A stretch of 63,208 nucleotides of DNA, filler included, from Actinomycetales bacterium (GTDB lineage Bacteria; Actinomycetota; Actinomycetes; Actinomycetales; CAVURS01): the NCBI GenBank assembly GCA_045807245.1. It is 4 parts of 4 records of this genome, joined end to end, with 100 filler letters (N's around TTAATTAATTAA, not from the genome) between each part and the next. Parts side by side here need not be neighbours in the genome. Positions count along the whole stretch, not along the records: positions 1 to 17,362 come from JBJMHS010000082.1; positions 17,463 to 33,372 come from JBJMHS010000083.1; 2 more parts are not named here. The stretch is one strand, 5' to 3'. Shown in pieces: positions 15,804 through 25,669 of the stretch (the first letter of the stretch is position 1; the number at the start of each line of letters is the position of its first letter). A model generated the notes under the pieces. That model had not been told where the DNA came from. It searched no databases and saw only the letters and a list, made by a program, of their open reading frames with translations. Both the position numbers and the translations under genes were made by a program.

Positions 15804-16988
15804 CTAGCGCTTGATGTTGACCAGGTCCTGCAGGATCTCGTCGCTCGCGGTGATGACGCGCGAGTTCGCCTGGAAGCCGCGCTGGGCGATGATCAGGTTG
15901 CTGAACTCCTGGGCCAGGTCGACGTTCGACATCTCCAGCACACCGGCGGAGATCACGCCGCGCGAGCCGGAGCCCGCCGTACCGACCTGGGCCAGACCGG
16001 AGTTGATGGTCGCGCCGTACGTGCTGTCACCGTCCTTGGTGAGGCCCGTCGGGTTGTTGAAGGTGGCGACCGCGATCTGGGCCAGCACCTCCTTGACGCC
16101 GTTGGAGAACACGCCGGACAGCGAGCCGTCCCGGCCGATGGCGAACGCCTGCAACGTGCCGGCCGCCTGGCCGTCCTGGGTGTCGGCCGCGATGGTGTCC
16201 ATCGTGGCGTAGCCGGTGACGTTCCCGAGGTTCACGGCGACGCCGCCGTAGTTCAGCGTCAGCGCCGCGGGCTGGGTGCCGGTCGGCGTACCCGTGAAGT
16301 CCAGCGTGCCGGTGACCGGGGCGTTGACGCCGTCGTCGAGCGAGACCGCCCAGTGCGTCGCGTCGACCTTGGTGTACGTCGCCGCGAGCGAACGCGCGTT
16401 GCCCTGGTCGTCGTACACGTCGAGCTTGGCCGTCCGGACCGAGCCGACGGCGGAGTCCGACGGCAGGTTGCCGACGAAGCTCGCGTTGGCCGTCTGCACG
16501 GGCGGCACCGTCGTACCCAACGGCAGCGTGATCCGGCTGAGGGGGCCCTTGGTGTCGACGTTGCCGTTCAAGGCAGTCCAGCCCTGGATCAGGCCGCCGT
16601 CGACGTTGACCAGGTTGCCGGCCGCGTCGAACCCGAACGAGCCGTTGCGGGTGTACGCGTCGCCGGAGCCCTTGTCCACGATGAAGAAGCCGTCACCCTG
16701 GAGCATGAGGTCGGTCGACCGGCCGGTCGTCTCGGCCGCGCCCTGGGTGAAGCTGGTGGTGATGCCGGCGAGCCGGACACCGAGACCGACCTGAGCGGGG
16801 TTCGAGCCGCCGATCCGGCTCTGCGGGGCCGAAGCGCCCTGGAGCATCTGGCTGAGCGTGTCCTCGAAGATCGCGGACGACGACTTGTAGCCGATCGTGT
16901 TGACGTTGGCGATGTTGTTGCCGACGACGTCCATCATCGTCTGGTTGGCACGCATGCCACTGATGCTGGAGAACAAAGACCTGAGCAT
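15804..16988 (-). CDS. flgE: Flagellar hook protein FlgE
   Basis: MLRSLFSSISGM..DVVGNNIANVNTIGYK, YTRNGSF, LEMSNVDLAQEFSNLIIAQRGFQANSRVIT; SD AGAAGGA before ATG 16988. Confidence 0.96.
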   Translation of the reverse strand: MLRSLFSSISGMRANQTMMDVVGNNIANVNTIGYKSSSAIFEDTLSQMLQGASAPQSRIGGSNPAQVGLGVRLAGITTSFTQGAAETTGRSTDLMLQGDGFFIVDKGSGDAYTRNGSFGFDAAGNLVNVDGGLIQGWTALNGNVDTKGPLSRITLPLGTTVPPVQTANASFVGNLPSDSAVGSVRTAKLDVYDDQGNARSLAATYTKVDATHWAVSLDDGVNAPVTGTLDFTGTPTGTQPAALTLNYGGVAVNLGNVTGYATMDTIAADTQDGQAAGTLQAFAIGRDGSLSGVFSNGVKEVLAQIAVATFNNPTGLTKDGDSTYGATINSGLAQVGTAGSGSRGVISAGVLEMSNVDLAQEFSNLIIAQRGFQANSRVITASDEILQDLVNIKR

Positions 16989-17043
16989 GAGAGGTTCCTT
17001 CTGGTTGGCCGCGCGAGGCGGATCGTCCTGGTGTGGGGAAGCG

Positions 17044-17362
17044 TCAGCGCGGGGTGCCGACGGTGGTGATGCTGGACAGCGGGATGTCCTTGTCGCCGAC
17101 CCGGACCGTGGGTTCGGCGGAGTTCGCGACACCGAAGCTGGCCGAGATGGCGGTCCCGGAGCCGGTGGTGCCGTCAGTGAGCGTGTACTGCACGGTCTTG
17201 CCGACGAGCCCGCTGGCGGCGAGCCCTTGCTGCAGGGCCAGGACCGACTCGGTGGCCTTCGCCATCGCGTTGGTGCTCTGGACCTGGGTGAACTGCGCGG
17301 TCTGCGCCATGAACTGCGAGCTGTCGACCGGGTTGCTCGGGTCCTGGTACTTCAGCTGCGCG
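17044..17362 (-). CDS. flgD: Flagellar hook capping protein FlgD (5'-truncated by contig gap)
   Basis: AQLKYQDPSNPVDSSQFMAQTAQFTQV motif; precedes flgE. Confidence 0.92.
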
Positions 17363-17462
17363 NNNNNNNNNNNNNNNNNNNNNNNNNNNNNNNNNNNNNN
17401 NNNNNNTTAATTAATTAANNNNNNNNNNNNNNNNNNNNNNNNNNNNNNNNNNNNNNNNNNNN
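17363..17462. other. Artificial contig spacer
   Basis: N44-TTAATTAATTAA-N44; stop codons in all six frames. Confidence 0.98.
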
Positions 17463-18133
17463 CCGCCTTCTCTCACTCGAACGCAGCGCTGGTGCGGCAC
17501 GTCGGCGTACCACGCGGCGCCTGACGCATCGAGGCAGATGCCGTCCGGAGCGGCGTCACCGAGGTCGGCCCAGGTGCGCCGGCCGGCCAGGGTGCCGTCG
17601 GGCTGGATGTCGAAGCCGAGGAGCTCGTGCCGGTAGGAGTCGGCGACGACGAGGGTGCGGTTGTCGGCAGTGACCGCCATGCCGTTCGGGAAGGCGATGT
17701 CCTCGGCGACGACCCGCGCCGTACCGTCCGGCGTCACGAGCGCGACGAACCCCGGCTGCACGTCACCCTTCGGTGGTCCGCTCGCGAAGTCGAAGTTCCC
17801 GCTGTTGACGTACGCGTGGCCGCGCCCGTCGACGACGATGTCGTTGTGCCCGTGAGGCGAGAGGCCGGACAGGTCGGCGTACGTCGATAGCCGGCCGTCG
17901 TCGAGCGTCATCAGGGCCATCTCCTGGTTCGACACCAGGACCAGCCGTCCGTCGGGCAGGAAGTCGAAGCACATCGGCAGGGACTGGTGCCGCACGACGA
18001 CCTCGGATGCGCCGTTGTCGTCCACCGCGATGATCTGGCCGTTGATCCAGTCGCTGAACCAGAGCCGGCCGTCGTGCCATCGGGGGGACTCCACCAGGCC
18101 GAGACCGGAGAGCAGGACCTCCATCTCAGCCAC
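17463..18133 (-). CDS. SMP-30/gluconolactonase/LRE family protein (3'-truncated by gap)
   Basis: ESPRWHDGRLWFSD, NDIVVD, FPNGMAVT, PDGICLDASG beta-propeller motifs. Confidence 0.9.
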
Positions 18134-18521
18134 CGGCCTTGATCTTGCGCCAGCCGCCCGCCCGGTTGTTGGCGATGATCTGCCGCAGCATCGCCGTCAA
18201 CGGTTTGCGTGGCACGGGGCTGCCCTGGTGGAACGAGATGCAGCGCGCCGTCGTGTTGTCATGCCCGTTGGTGATGATGTGGTGTGGGTCGGGGACGATG
18301 GCGCCGTCGTACAGGAACAGGTTGAGATGGTCCTTGGCCGCCAGGAACGCGCAGACGTTGCCCTGGAGGACGAAGTAGGGCTGCACCGTCCGTTTGATCG
18401 TCTCCTCCACCTCCGGGTCGGCCGCGTGGATGAGCTCCCGCAGCTCGCGGCAGAGGTCCTGCTGCCACGGGGGCAACGCCTCGATGTAGGCGTCCACGCG
18501 GAGGTCGGCGTCGTACGTCAT
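18126..18521 (-). CDS. DUF1801 (YdhG-like) domain protein
   Basis: VDAYIEALP..LRELIHAADPEVEETIK..PYF..AAKDHLNL; CATGAT-N6-ATG leaderless start. Confidence 0.85.
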   Translation of the reverse strand: MTYDADLRVDAYIEALPPWQQDLCRELRELIHAADPEVEETIKRTVQPYFVLQGNVCAFLAAKDHLNLFLYDGAIVPDPHHIITNGHDNTTARCISFHQGSPVPRKPLTAMLRQIIANNRAGGWRKIKAGG

Positions 18522-18575
18522 GGAACCCATCATGGTGGGGATGCGTCCAAGCGGGTAGCAGCGGAAGGACGACCG

Positions 18576-19208
18576 ATGAGCCAGCGGGTGGTTGCCGGCA
18601 GGGCCGCGTCAGGATGGGCGGCCGCCCTGGTGCTTGGCCTGGCAGTGGTCTCCGGCTGCGCGGGACCATCGAGTCCGGAAGCCGCGAAACCGGCGCCGAC
18701 AAGGACATCGACGCCGGCCTCCACCGCGACACCGACACTGGCCCGTGGCGACGGCGCCGTGGACCAGCTGCCGCTGCGCGCCCAGGCCGTGCTGCGCTGC
18801 GGCCAGAGCTTCCACCGGGCTCCCGCTCCCCAGCTCGTCGTCAGCGGCCAGTTCCCCGCGAGCGTCGTCGCCGGCGAGCAGTCGCTCGTCGGGCGGGTCC
18901 GCGTGTCGGCCCGGGCGGGCGGCGTCGCCGGAGTCGTGACGCCGGCCGCCGACGTGTTCCTCGTTCGCGCCAACCGCGTCGCGACCCTGCCCGTTGCCCA
19001 GGACTCCGTCGGCGTCCCGCTCCGGCTGAATGGCGGCTACTCGCACGAGTTCACCGCCCGGGCTGCACTCACCTCGTGTGATCCATCGCTGCCGGACCAG
19101 GCGTTGAGCCCGGGCCGGTACGACGTCTACGCCCGGGTCACCGTCAACCGGGAGGACGGGTCGCGGGTGGAGTCGTTCGGGGGACCGTGGCCGCTCGAGA
19201 TCCAGTGA
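18576..19208 (+). CDS. Putative lipoprotein of unknown function
   Basis: Signal peptide with lipobox VSG|C, Pro/Thr linker, beta-rich domain ending LSPGRYDVYARV..GGPWPLEI; GAAGGA SD. Confidence 0.7.
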   Translation: MSQRVVAGRAASGWAAALVLGLAVVSGCAGPSSPEAAKPAPTRTSTPASTATPTLARGDGAVDQLPLRAQAVLRCGQSFHRAPAPQLVVSGQFPASVVAGEQSLVGRVRVSARAGGVAGVVTPAADVFLVRANRVATLPVAQDSVGVPLRLNGGYSHEFTARAALTSCDPSLPDQALSPGRYDVYARVTVNREDGSRVESFGGPWPLEIQ

Positions 19209-19224
19209 CCCGAGCATCCACGGC

Positions 19225-19258
19225 GGAACGCCCAGGAACCGTGGTTCCTGGGCGTTCC
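19225..19258. terminator. Bidirectional hairpin terminator between convergent genes
   Basis: 16-bp perfect inverted repeat GGAACGCCCAGGAACC/GGTTCCTGGGCGTTCC, followed by TTT. Confidence 0.8.
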
Positions 19259-19275
19259 TTTGGTGCTCGTGACCG

Positions 19276-20328
19276 TCAGCCGGTGACGATGCTCACGCCG
19301 TACGTGCTGGCGACCTGCGTCCACGGCTCGACGTAGCCCGTGGTCGAGTTGCCGGCGATGACGTGTCCGCGGATCCAGATGCCGCCGTTGGAGTCCTTGG
19401 CGTAGAACGCGCCACCCGAGTCACCGCCCTGCTGGACGACGCCACCGGTGTACGCGATGACCGGCGACTTGCAGCCCGTGGTCGTGCAGACCTGGGCCGT
19501 CGTGCTGTTGGCCGTGTGGCCGCACTGCTCGCCGGTGGTCCGGCCACTGTGGCAGTAGTTGGTGTAGCCGACGAACGCCGCACCAGCCGCCACGACCGGA
19601 GCACTGGTGCTGCTCGTCACGCCGCCGGTGAAGACGCGGCCCCAGTAGCCCTGACCGGTCAACAGCTCCATGTCGATCGGGCCGTTGCCCAGCGAGGCGA
19701 GGCGCCGGTTCGCGACGACGCCCTCGGTGTGCAGGCCGGACTCGGTGAACACCGTTGTGCCGTTGGCGAAGCAGTGCCCAGCGGTGACCATGAAGCGCGT
19801 GCCCGCGGAGTTCTGCACGGCGTACCCGGTCGAGCAGAGGAACCCGGAGGCGGTCAGACCGCCGCCGCCGTAGTAGTTCGGGATGTCGTCGCGACGGTTG
19901 AACGCGTCGGTCGTCCTGACCCGATGCGTCGTGACTCCGACGCCGGCGGCGCTCTTGGCCGTGGACAGGTTGGTCAGCGAGGCAACGACACTGGCGGGCG
20001 CGTCGGTGTCGAGGACCACCCGGCCGGTCTTCGGGTCGGAGTACGTGCCGAACGCGTACTTCGTACCGTTCTTGGTGACGTAGGCGCGAACCCGGGCCTC
20101 GACGGTTGCGAGCGCGGCCTTCGATGCGTCCGTTGCGACGACGCCCTTGGCGGCCAGTCGCTCGGTGGCGGCGAATGTGGGGTCGGGTGCCTGGTGGCTG
20201 GCGACCTTCGCCTTCGCGGTCGGCGCGGTGACCCCGGCCTGCGCTCCAGCCGCGCCGGCCGCAGCGGTGGTCAGAGCGGCGGCCGACACCAGGACGGCGA
20301 CGAGCGTCCGCTTCTTGGAGACGTGCAT
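19276..20328 (-). CDS. Secreted S1 (alpha-lytic/streptogrisin-like) serine protease precursor
   Basis: Signal peptide and prodomain; CSTGY, TAGHC (His), CHSGRTTG, GDSGG (Ser); GGGAGG SD. Confidence 0.92.
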   Translation of the reverse strand: MHVSKKRTLVAVLVSAAALTTAAAGAAGAQAGVTAPTAKAKVASHQAPDPTFAATERLAAKGVVATDASKAALATVEARVRAYVTKNGTKYAFGTYSDPKTGRVVLDTDAPASVVASLTNLSTAKSAAGVGVTTHRVRTTDAFNRRDDIPNYYGGGGLTASGFLCSTGYAVQNSAGTRFMVTAGHCFANGTTVFTESGLHTEGVVANRRLASLGNGPIDMELLTGQGYWGRVFTGGVTSSTSAPVVAAGAAFVGYTNYCHSGRTTGEQCGHTANSTTAQVCTTTGCKSPVIAYTGGVVQQGGDSGGAFYAKDSNGGIWIRGHVIAGNSTTGYVEPWTQVASTYGVSIVTG

Positions 20329-20414
20329 ATGGAACCTCCCAGAACATGCCGCGACTCGGCGTCGCAGTCAATTGGGAGTAAGGAGCGGTAAAGGGGCCGT
20401 CAGATACAGCAGCG

Positions 20415-21428
20415 TCAGGGCGCGGACGACACGTGGTCGCTCCACCCCTCGGTCTGGGTGAGCCAGAACAGGTACCCGAGCGCAGGTACGACGACGATGC
20501 TCGCCACCGCCAGGACGACGAGCAGGCCCGTCAGCGTGGCGTGCGACCCGGCCGCGGCCGAGATCCGCATCTGGTCGGTGAGCACCCACGGGTACTGCGC
20601 CACTCCCCATCCGGCGACCACCGACGCCACCGCGGCAACGGCACCGAGCCGGGCCACGGCGTACCGCCGTCGCCAGAGCAGCAGCAGCGTCGACAGCCCG
20701 GCTGCCGCGGAGATCACCACGAGAGGCAGCGCACGCCTGGTGAGCTCGTGGCCCAGCGTCGGCGCGTCCCGATGGATCGGGACGATCGCGGCCAACGTGA
20801 TCGCTCCAGTGACCACACCGACGACGATGCTGCCTCTCCGCAGCTGCTCGGCCAGACCTACGTCGCGTGCCCGCTGCGCCTCGGCGGTCAGGAAGACGCC
20901 GGCCAGGAAGCTGCACGTCGCTACGGCCAACAGCCCACCGAGGACGGAGGTGGGTGTCGTCCACGAGCTCCAGACGTCGCCGTACCCGTTGCGTGGCACC
21001 CGACCCGAGGCGACCGCGCCGGCCGCTGCGCCCAGGAAGAAGGGGGTGATGAGGGACGACCCGGCGAACACCGCGCCGAACAGTCGCGCTTGGTGGAGCG
21101 TCGCCGCGTACTTGCGGAACGCGAAGCTCGCACCGCGCAGCACGATCCCGACCAACGCGAGCGCCAGTGGCACGAACAGCGTTGTGGTCGCCGCCGCGAA
21201 CGCCCTTGGGAACGCGGTCCACCAGAACACGAGCACGTAGACCAGCCAGACATGGTTGGCCTCCCAGACCGGCCCGATGCTGTGGTCGACCAGAAGGCGC
21301 AGTCGCCCACCGCGCTCTGCGTCACCTGCGGTCAGGTCCCAGAAGCCCGACCCGAAGTCGGCGCCGCCGAACACCGCGTACACGACCACACCGGCGAACA
21401 TCGCGGCAGCAACGACATCGGCGAGCAT
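20415..21428 (-). CDS. cydB: Cytochrome bd oxidase subunit II
   Basis: YAVFGGADFGSG, IGPVWEANHVWL, IVLRGASFAFR; TGATG coupling to cydA. Confidence 0.93.
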   Translation of the reverse strand: MLADVVAAAMFAGVVVYAVFGGADFGSGFWDLTAGDAERGGRLRLLVDHSIGPVWEANHVWLVYVLVFWWTAFPRAFAAATTTLFVPLALALVGIVLRGASFAFRKYAATLHQARLFGAVFAGSSLITPFFLGAAAGAVASGRVPRNGYGDVWSSWTTPTSVLGGLLAVATCSFLAGVFLTAEAQRARDVGLAEQLRRGSIVVGVVTGAITLAAIVPIHRDAPTLGHELTRRALPLVVISAAAGLSTLLLLWRRRYAVARLGAVAAVASVVAGWGVAQYPWVLTDQMRISAAAGSHATLTGLLVVLAVASIVVVPALGYLFWLTQTEGWSDHVSSAP

Positions 21429-22813
21429 CAGTGGTCCGCCTGACTCAGCTGATGGGCGGGCCCGTAGGGGCTTGGCAGGTCCCGCTCTCCCGCCCGCCAG
21501 CGCCGAGCCATCGACCTGATCACGACAACAGCCCCCACCGTCATCCCGGCGTAGATCACCACGACGGCGGCGTAGCTCCACCACAGTCCCGCGTTGGTGC
21601 TCGCGGCATCGGTGGTCCGGAGCACCTGCCACACGGTCCACGGCTGGCGCCCGACTTCGGTCGTCACCCAGCCGGCCTCCAGTGCGATCACCGACAGCGG
21701 TCCCGCCACGACCGAGAAGCGCTGGAACCACTTGTACGGCAACAGATCTCGGCCGCGCCAGCGCAGGAACCAGAAGACCAGGACCACGGAGGCGAGCAGG
21801 AGGCCGATTCCGACCATGGTCTGGAAGGCCAGATGCGTGATGTTGATCGGCGGACGGTCCTGGACGGGGATGGTGTCCATGCCCTGCACCGGTTTGGACC
21901 ACGAGTTCTCGGCGAGGATCGAGCCCAGCCGCGGGATGGACAATGCCCAGTGGATGCGGCCGTCGTACACGACTCCACCGAGCCGCTCCGGCGAAGGAGA
22001 CTCCGTCGTGAGCGCCAGCTCCATCGCGGCCAGCTTCGACGGCTGCCGGCCGCCAGCCTGCAGTCCGAGGACGTGACCGACGAACGGCTGCACCAGGGCG
22101 GCGACACTGGCGAACACGAACGGCACGGTGAAGCCGAGACGGTGATATGCGTCGTACCGGCCACGCAGCATCCCCGTGGCGTACACGGCAGCGACGACGA
22201 AGCCGACCAGCAAGAATGCGCCCACCCACATGTGTGCGAACTGCAGCCACACGCCGTCGTTGAACATGGCCCGCCACGGGTTGACGTCAGCGACCACGCC
22301 GTTGACGATCCGGAACCCCGTCGGTTCGTTCATCCAGGCGTTGACGCTGACGACGCAGAAGCTGCCGACGATGCCGGACAGGCCCATGGGCACGAGCATC
22401 AGGACGTGCCGCCGCGGCGGCATGCGGTCCCACCCGTAGAGGTAGATGCCGAGGAAGATCGCCTCGACGAAGAACGAGATGCCCTCGAACGCGAACGGCA
22501 GGCCCAGCACGTCACCGAAGCGGCCCATCAGGCCGGGCCACAACAGACCCATCTCGAAGCTCAGCACCGTCCCCGACACCGCGCCGATGGCGAACAGGAC
22601 GGCGGAGACCTTGGCCCAGCGCCGAGCCAGGTCCAGCGCGACCGGGTCGTCGTGGACGATCCCCCGCCGGTGCAGCACGAAGATCATGGTCGGGAAGGCG
22701 ACGCCGAAACAAGCCAGGATGATGTGCCAGCCGAGGGACAGCGCCATCTGTTCGCGGGCCGGCAGCAGCCCAGGCGGACGTGCGTTGGCGGCGAGCTCAG
22801 CGAGCATGCGCAC
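21428..22813 (-). CDS. cydA: Cytochrome bd oxidase subunit I (short Q-loop type; start may be ATG 22807)
   Basis: WHII (His), LSFEMG, FAHMW, QPSKLAAME, FQTMVG, GWVTTEVGRQPW. Confidence 0.95.
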   Translation of the reverse strand: MRMLAELAANARPPGLLPAREQMALSLGWHIILACFGVAFPTMIFVLHRRGIVHDDPVALDLARRWAKVSAVLFAIGAVSGTVLSFEMGLLWPGLMGRFGDVLGLPFAFEGISFFVEAIFLGIYLYGWDRMPPRRHVLMLVPMGLSGIVGSFCVVSVNAWMNEPTGFRIVNGVVADVNPWRAMFNDGVWLQFAHMWVGAFLLVGFVVAAVYATGMLRGRYDAYHRLGFTVPFVFASVAALVQPFVGHVLGLQAGGRQPSKLAAMELALTTESPSPERLGGVVYDGRIHWALSIPRLGSILAENSWSKPVQGMDTIPVQDRPPINITHLAFQTMVGIGLLLASVVLVFWFLRWRGRDLLPYKWFQRFSVVAGPLSVIALEAGWVTTEVGRQPWTVWQVLRTTDAASTNAGLWWSYAAVVVIYAGMTVGAVVVIRSMARRWRAGERDLPSPYGPAHQLSQADH

Positions 22814-22890
22814 TCACCCGACGACCGTACGTCGCGAGCGCTCGTCCCGTGTCGGCGGGTGGCCGACCGCAGCCGCCAGGCCGGTCCGCC

Positions 22891-23499
22891 TCACACGTCG
22901 ACGACGACGACCCGCAGGGTGCGCGGCCCGTGGACTCCCTCGACCCGCTGCAGCTCGATATCGCTGGTGGCCGACGGGCCGCTGACCCACGTCGTCAGGG
23001 GCGCGGCGCCGAGCCGGGCGAACGCGGCGGGTACGTCGGCGACGATCTGGTCGGAGCCGACGATGCAGATATGCAGGTCGGGGACGAGCGTCATGGCGCG
23101 CCGCCCTTCGCCCGGACCGTGCGTCAGCACGATGGTCCCGGTCTCGGCGATGGCCACCGTGGCGCCCGTGACGACACCGGCGAGCGCGTCGAGCTCGGCC
23201 GTGGCGGGGTCCGCGACGCGGACCCGGGCCGGCACCGGCCAGCCAAGCCCGCCCGGCGCGACGACGTCGCCGTCGGGCAGGAGGCCGGCCACAGCGGCCT
23301 CGACCTCGTCCCGCGTGCAGCGGCGGACCTCGGCCCGGTAGTCCCCGACCCGCTCCACGAACCGGGCGACGTCGACCGAGCCGGTCCGGTCGCGGTAGGT
23401 GCGCGGGACGTCGTACTCGGGTCGTGGCCCGTCGCCGAGGGCACGGCGGATGCGATCGAGGATCTCCGTGCGCGCCTCGTGGCTGGTGTCGGCGCTCAC
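22891..23499 (-). CDS. lutC: Lactate utilization protein C (LUD domain)
   Basis: AIAETGTIVL, GRRAMTLVPDLH, SGPSATSDIELQRVEGVHGP. Confidence 0.93.
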   Translation of the reverse strand: MSADTSHEARTEILDRIRRALGDGPRPEYDVPRTYRDRTGSVDVARFVERVGDYRAEVRRCTRDEVEAAVAGLLPDGDVVAPGGLGWPVPARVRVADPATAELDALAGVVTGATVAIAETGTIVLTHGPGEGRRAMTLVPDLHICIVGSDQIVADVPAAFARLGAAPLTTWVSGPSATSDIELQRVEGVHGPRTLRVVVVDV

Positions 23500-24938
23500 C
23501 GGTCCGGGCCCTCTTCATGCCGTCCCCGCCGACGCCACCAGGAGCGGAACGACTCCGCTGGCGCGGCTGGCAGGTCGCGGGTCTGGGTCCAGGCCCGGGC
23601 CCCGAAGCGGCGGCCCACGCGCAGGCCGAGGCGGGTCAGGTGTTCGGCGGCCGCGAGCAGACGGGGATGCCGCAGCGTGGTACCGGCGGCGAGCATCGCC
23701 ATGGCTTCGGCCTTTGGCCGCCGGCGGTGGCGGTGCGCATCGACGACCTGAGCGCGGAGGTCGACCAACACCGAGGGGATGTCGATCCGGACCGGGCAGA
23801 CCTCGAAGCAGGCGCCACACAAGGAGGAGGCGTAGGGCAGCGAGTCGGTCTGGGCGTCGGTGCCGACGCCGTTGAGCAGCGGGTTGAGGATGGCGCCGAT
23901 CGGACCTGGGTAGACGGCTCCGTAGGCGTGCCCGCCGACCCGTTCGTAGACCGGGCACACGTTCAGGCAGGCCGAGCAGCGGATGCACCGAAGTGCCTGT
24001 CGGCCAACGCGATCCGCGAGAGCGCGTGTCCGGCCCGCATCGAGCAGTACGACGTGCATCTCCTGCGGGCCGTCGCCGGGTGTGATGCCCGACCAGGTCG
24101 AGGTGTAGGGGTTCATCCGCTCCCCCGTGGAGGAGCGCGGCAGCAGCTCGAAGAACGCGTCGAGGTCGGACCAGGTCGGCACGACCTTCTCGATTCCGAC
24201 CACCGAGATCAGCACCTCGGGCAGGGTCAGGCACATCCGGCCGTTGCCCTCGGACTCGACGACGACCAGCGTCCCCGTCTCGGCGACCGCGAAGTTGGCG
24301 CCCGACACGGCCACCTTGGCGGACAGGAACTTGGCTCGCAGGTGCAGCCGCGCCGCCTCGGCCAGGCGCGCCGGGTCGTCGGTGAGGTCCGCCGGCGCGG
24401 CCAACCCCACCTCGGCCATTCGCGCCACGAAGATCTCCCGGATCTCCGCTCGGTTGCGGTGGATGGCCGGGACCAGGATGTGGCTCGGCAGGTCGTCGCC
24501 GAGCTGGACGATCATCTCGGCCAGGTCGGTCTCCCACGGCTGGATGCCGGCCGCGAGCAGTGCCTCGTTCAGGCCGATCTCCTGCGTGGCCATCGACTTC
24601 ACCTTGACGACCTCGTGCGACCCGTGGCGGCGCGTGACGTCGACGACGACCTGGCACGCCTCCGCCGCTGTCCGGGCCCAGTGCACCTGTACGCCGCGCT
24701 CGGTCAGTGCCTGTTCGAGCTCCAGGAGGTGCTCGTCCAGGTGGGCGAGAGTGTTGTCCTTGACCGCCGCTCCGGCCGCCCGCAGTGTCTCCCAGTCGTC
24801 CACCTCCGCCACGACCGCTGCGCGCTTGGCCCGGATCGTCGCCGTCGCCTGGGCGAGGTTCGCGCGGAGCTGCCCGTTCGCCAGCGCCTCCCGGGCCGCC
24901 TCGGGGAACGGCGGCATCCCGACGAATGTCCCGGTCAT
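23496..24938 (-). CDS. lutB: Lactate utilization iron-sulfur protein B
   Basis: VKVKSM, ETDLAE, ESEGNGR, CIRCSACLNVCPVY and SLCGACFEVCPV ferredoxin motifs. Confidence 0.96.
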   Translation of the reverse strand: MTGTFVGMPPFPEAAREALANGQLRANLAQATATIRAKRAAVVAEVDDWETLRAAGAAVKDNTLAHLDEHLLELEQALTERGVQVHWARTAAEACQVVVDVTRRHGSHEVVKVKSMATQEIGLNEALLAAGIQPWETDLAEMIVQLGDDLPSHILVPAIHRNRAEIREIFVARMAEVGLAAPADLTDDPARLAEAARLHLRAKFLSAKVAVSGANFAVAETGTLVVVESEGNGRMCLTLPEVLISVVGIEKVVPTWSDLDAFFELLPRSSTGERMNPYTSTWSGITPGDGPQEMHVVLLDAGRTRALADRVGRQALRCIRCSACLNVCPVYERVGGHAYGAVYPGPIGAILNPLLNGVGTDAQTDSLPYASSLCGACFEVCPVRIDIPSVLVDLRAQVVDAHRHRRRPKAEAMAMLAAGTTLRHPRLLAAAEHLTRLGLRVGRRFGARAWTQTRDLPAAPAESFRSWWRRRGRHEEGPDR

Positions 24939-25669
24939 CGCCGTCCCTCACCCGCCAGCACCTCGGCCAGGTGCATCGTGCGCACTCCGGACTGCTGCCG
25001 GGACAGGAGCCCGCCCAGGTGCATCAGGCACGAGCTGTCGCTCGCCACCAGGACCTCCGCGCCGGTCTCGCGCACCCGCCGTACCTTGTCGAGCCCCATC
25101 GCGACCGACGTGTCGGCGTTCTTGACGGCGAACGTCCCACCGAACCCACAGCATTGGTCGGCGTCGGGCAGGTCGACCAGCTCGAGCCCGGAGACGTTGC
25201 GCAGCAACCGCATCGGCCGATCACCGACGCCGAGGATGCGCAGCGAGTGACACGTGGGGTGATAGGTCACGGCATGCGGGAAAGATGCGCCCACATCCTC
25301 GACACCGAGGACGTCGACCAAGAACTCGGACAGCTCGTAGACGTGGGGCGCCACCGTCGCCACGGCGGCCGACAGCTCCGCGTCACCTGAGCGGCCGGCC
25401 ACGATCGCGTGCTGGTGCCGTACAGAACCAGCGCAGGAGCCCGACGGTGTCACCACCGCGTCGTACCCGGCGAACGCGTGCACGAAGTTGCGCACGACCG
25501 GGACGGCTTCGTCCAGGTAACCGGTGTTGACCATCGGCTGGGCACAGCACGTCTGGTCGGCCGGGAAGTCCACGTCGACCCCCAGTCGGCGCAGAAGGGT
25601 GACGACGGCCCTACCGACGTCCGGAAACAGGGCGTCGTTCAGGCACGTCACCATCAGTGCGACCCGCAT
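24935..25669 (-). CDS. lutA: Lactate utilization protein A (CCG-domain Fe-S protein)
   Basis: MRVALMVTCLND, QTCCAQP, YHPTCH, CCGFGGTF, DSSCLMH; ATG 25669. Confidence 0.95.
   Translation of the reverse strand: MRVALMVTCLNDALFPDVGRAVVTLLRRLGVDVDFPADQTCCAQPMVNTGYLDEAVPVVRNFVHAFAGYDAVVTPSGSCAGSVRHQHAIVAGRSGDAELSAAVATVAPHVYELSEFLVDVLGVEDVGASFPHAVTYHPTCHSLRILGVGDRPMRLLRNVSGLELVDLPDADQCCGFGGTFAVKNADTSVAMGLDKVRRVRETGAEVLVASDSSCLMHLGGLLSRQQSGVRTMHLAEVLAGEGRR

Noticed and set aside
16989..17043. CsrA sites in the flgD-flgE gap
   Set aside because: CAGGAC and AAGGAA occur but lack convincing stems; the second is just the SD
17407..17418. TTAATTAATTAA palindrome as a binding site or att site
   Set aside because: Identical, N-flanked and repeated three times: an assembly linker
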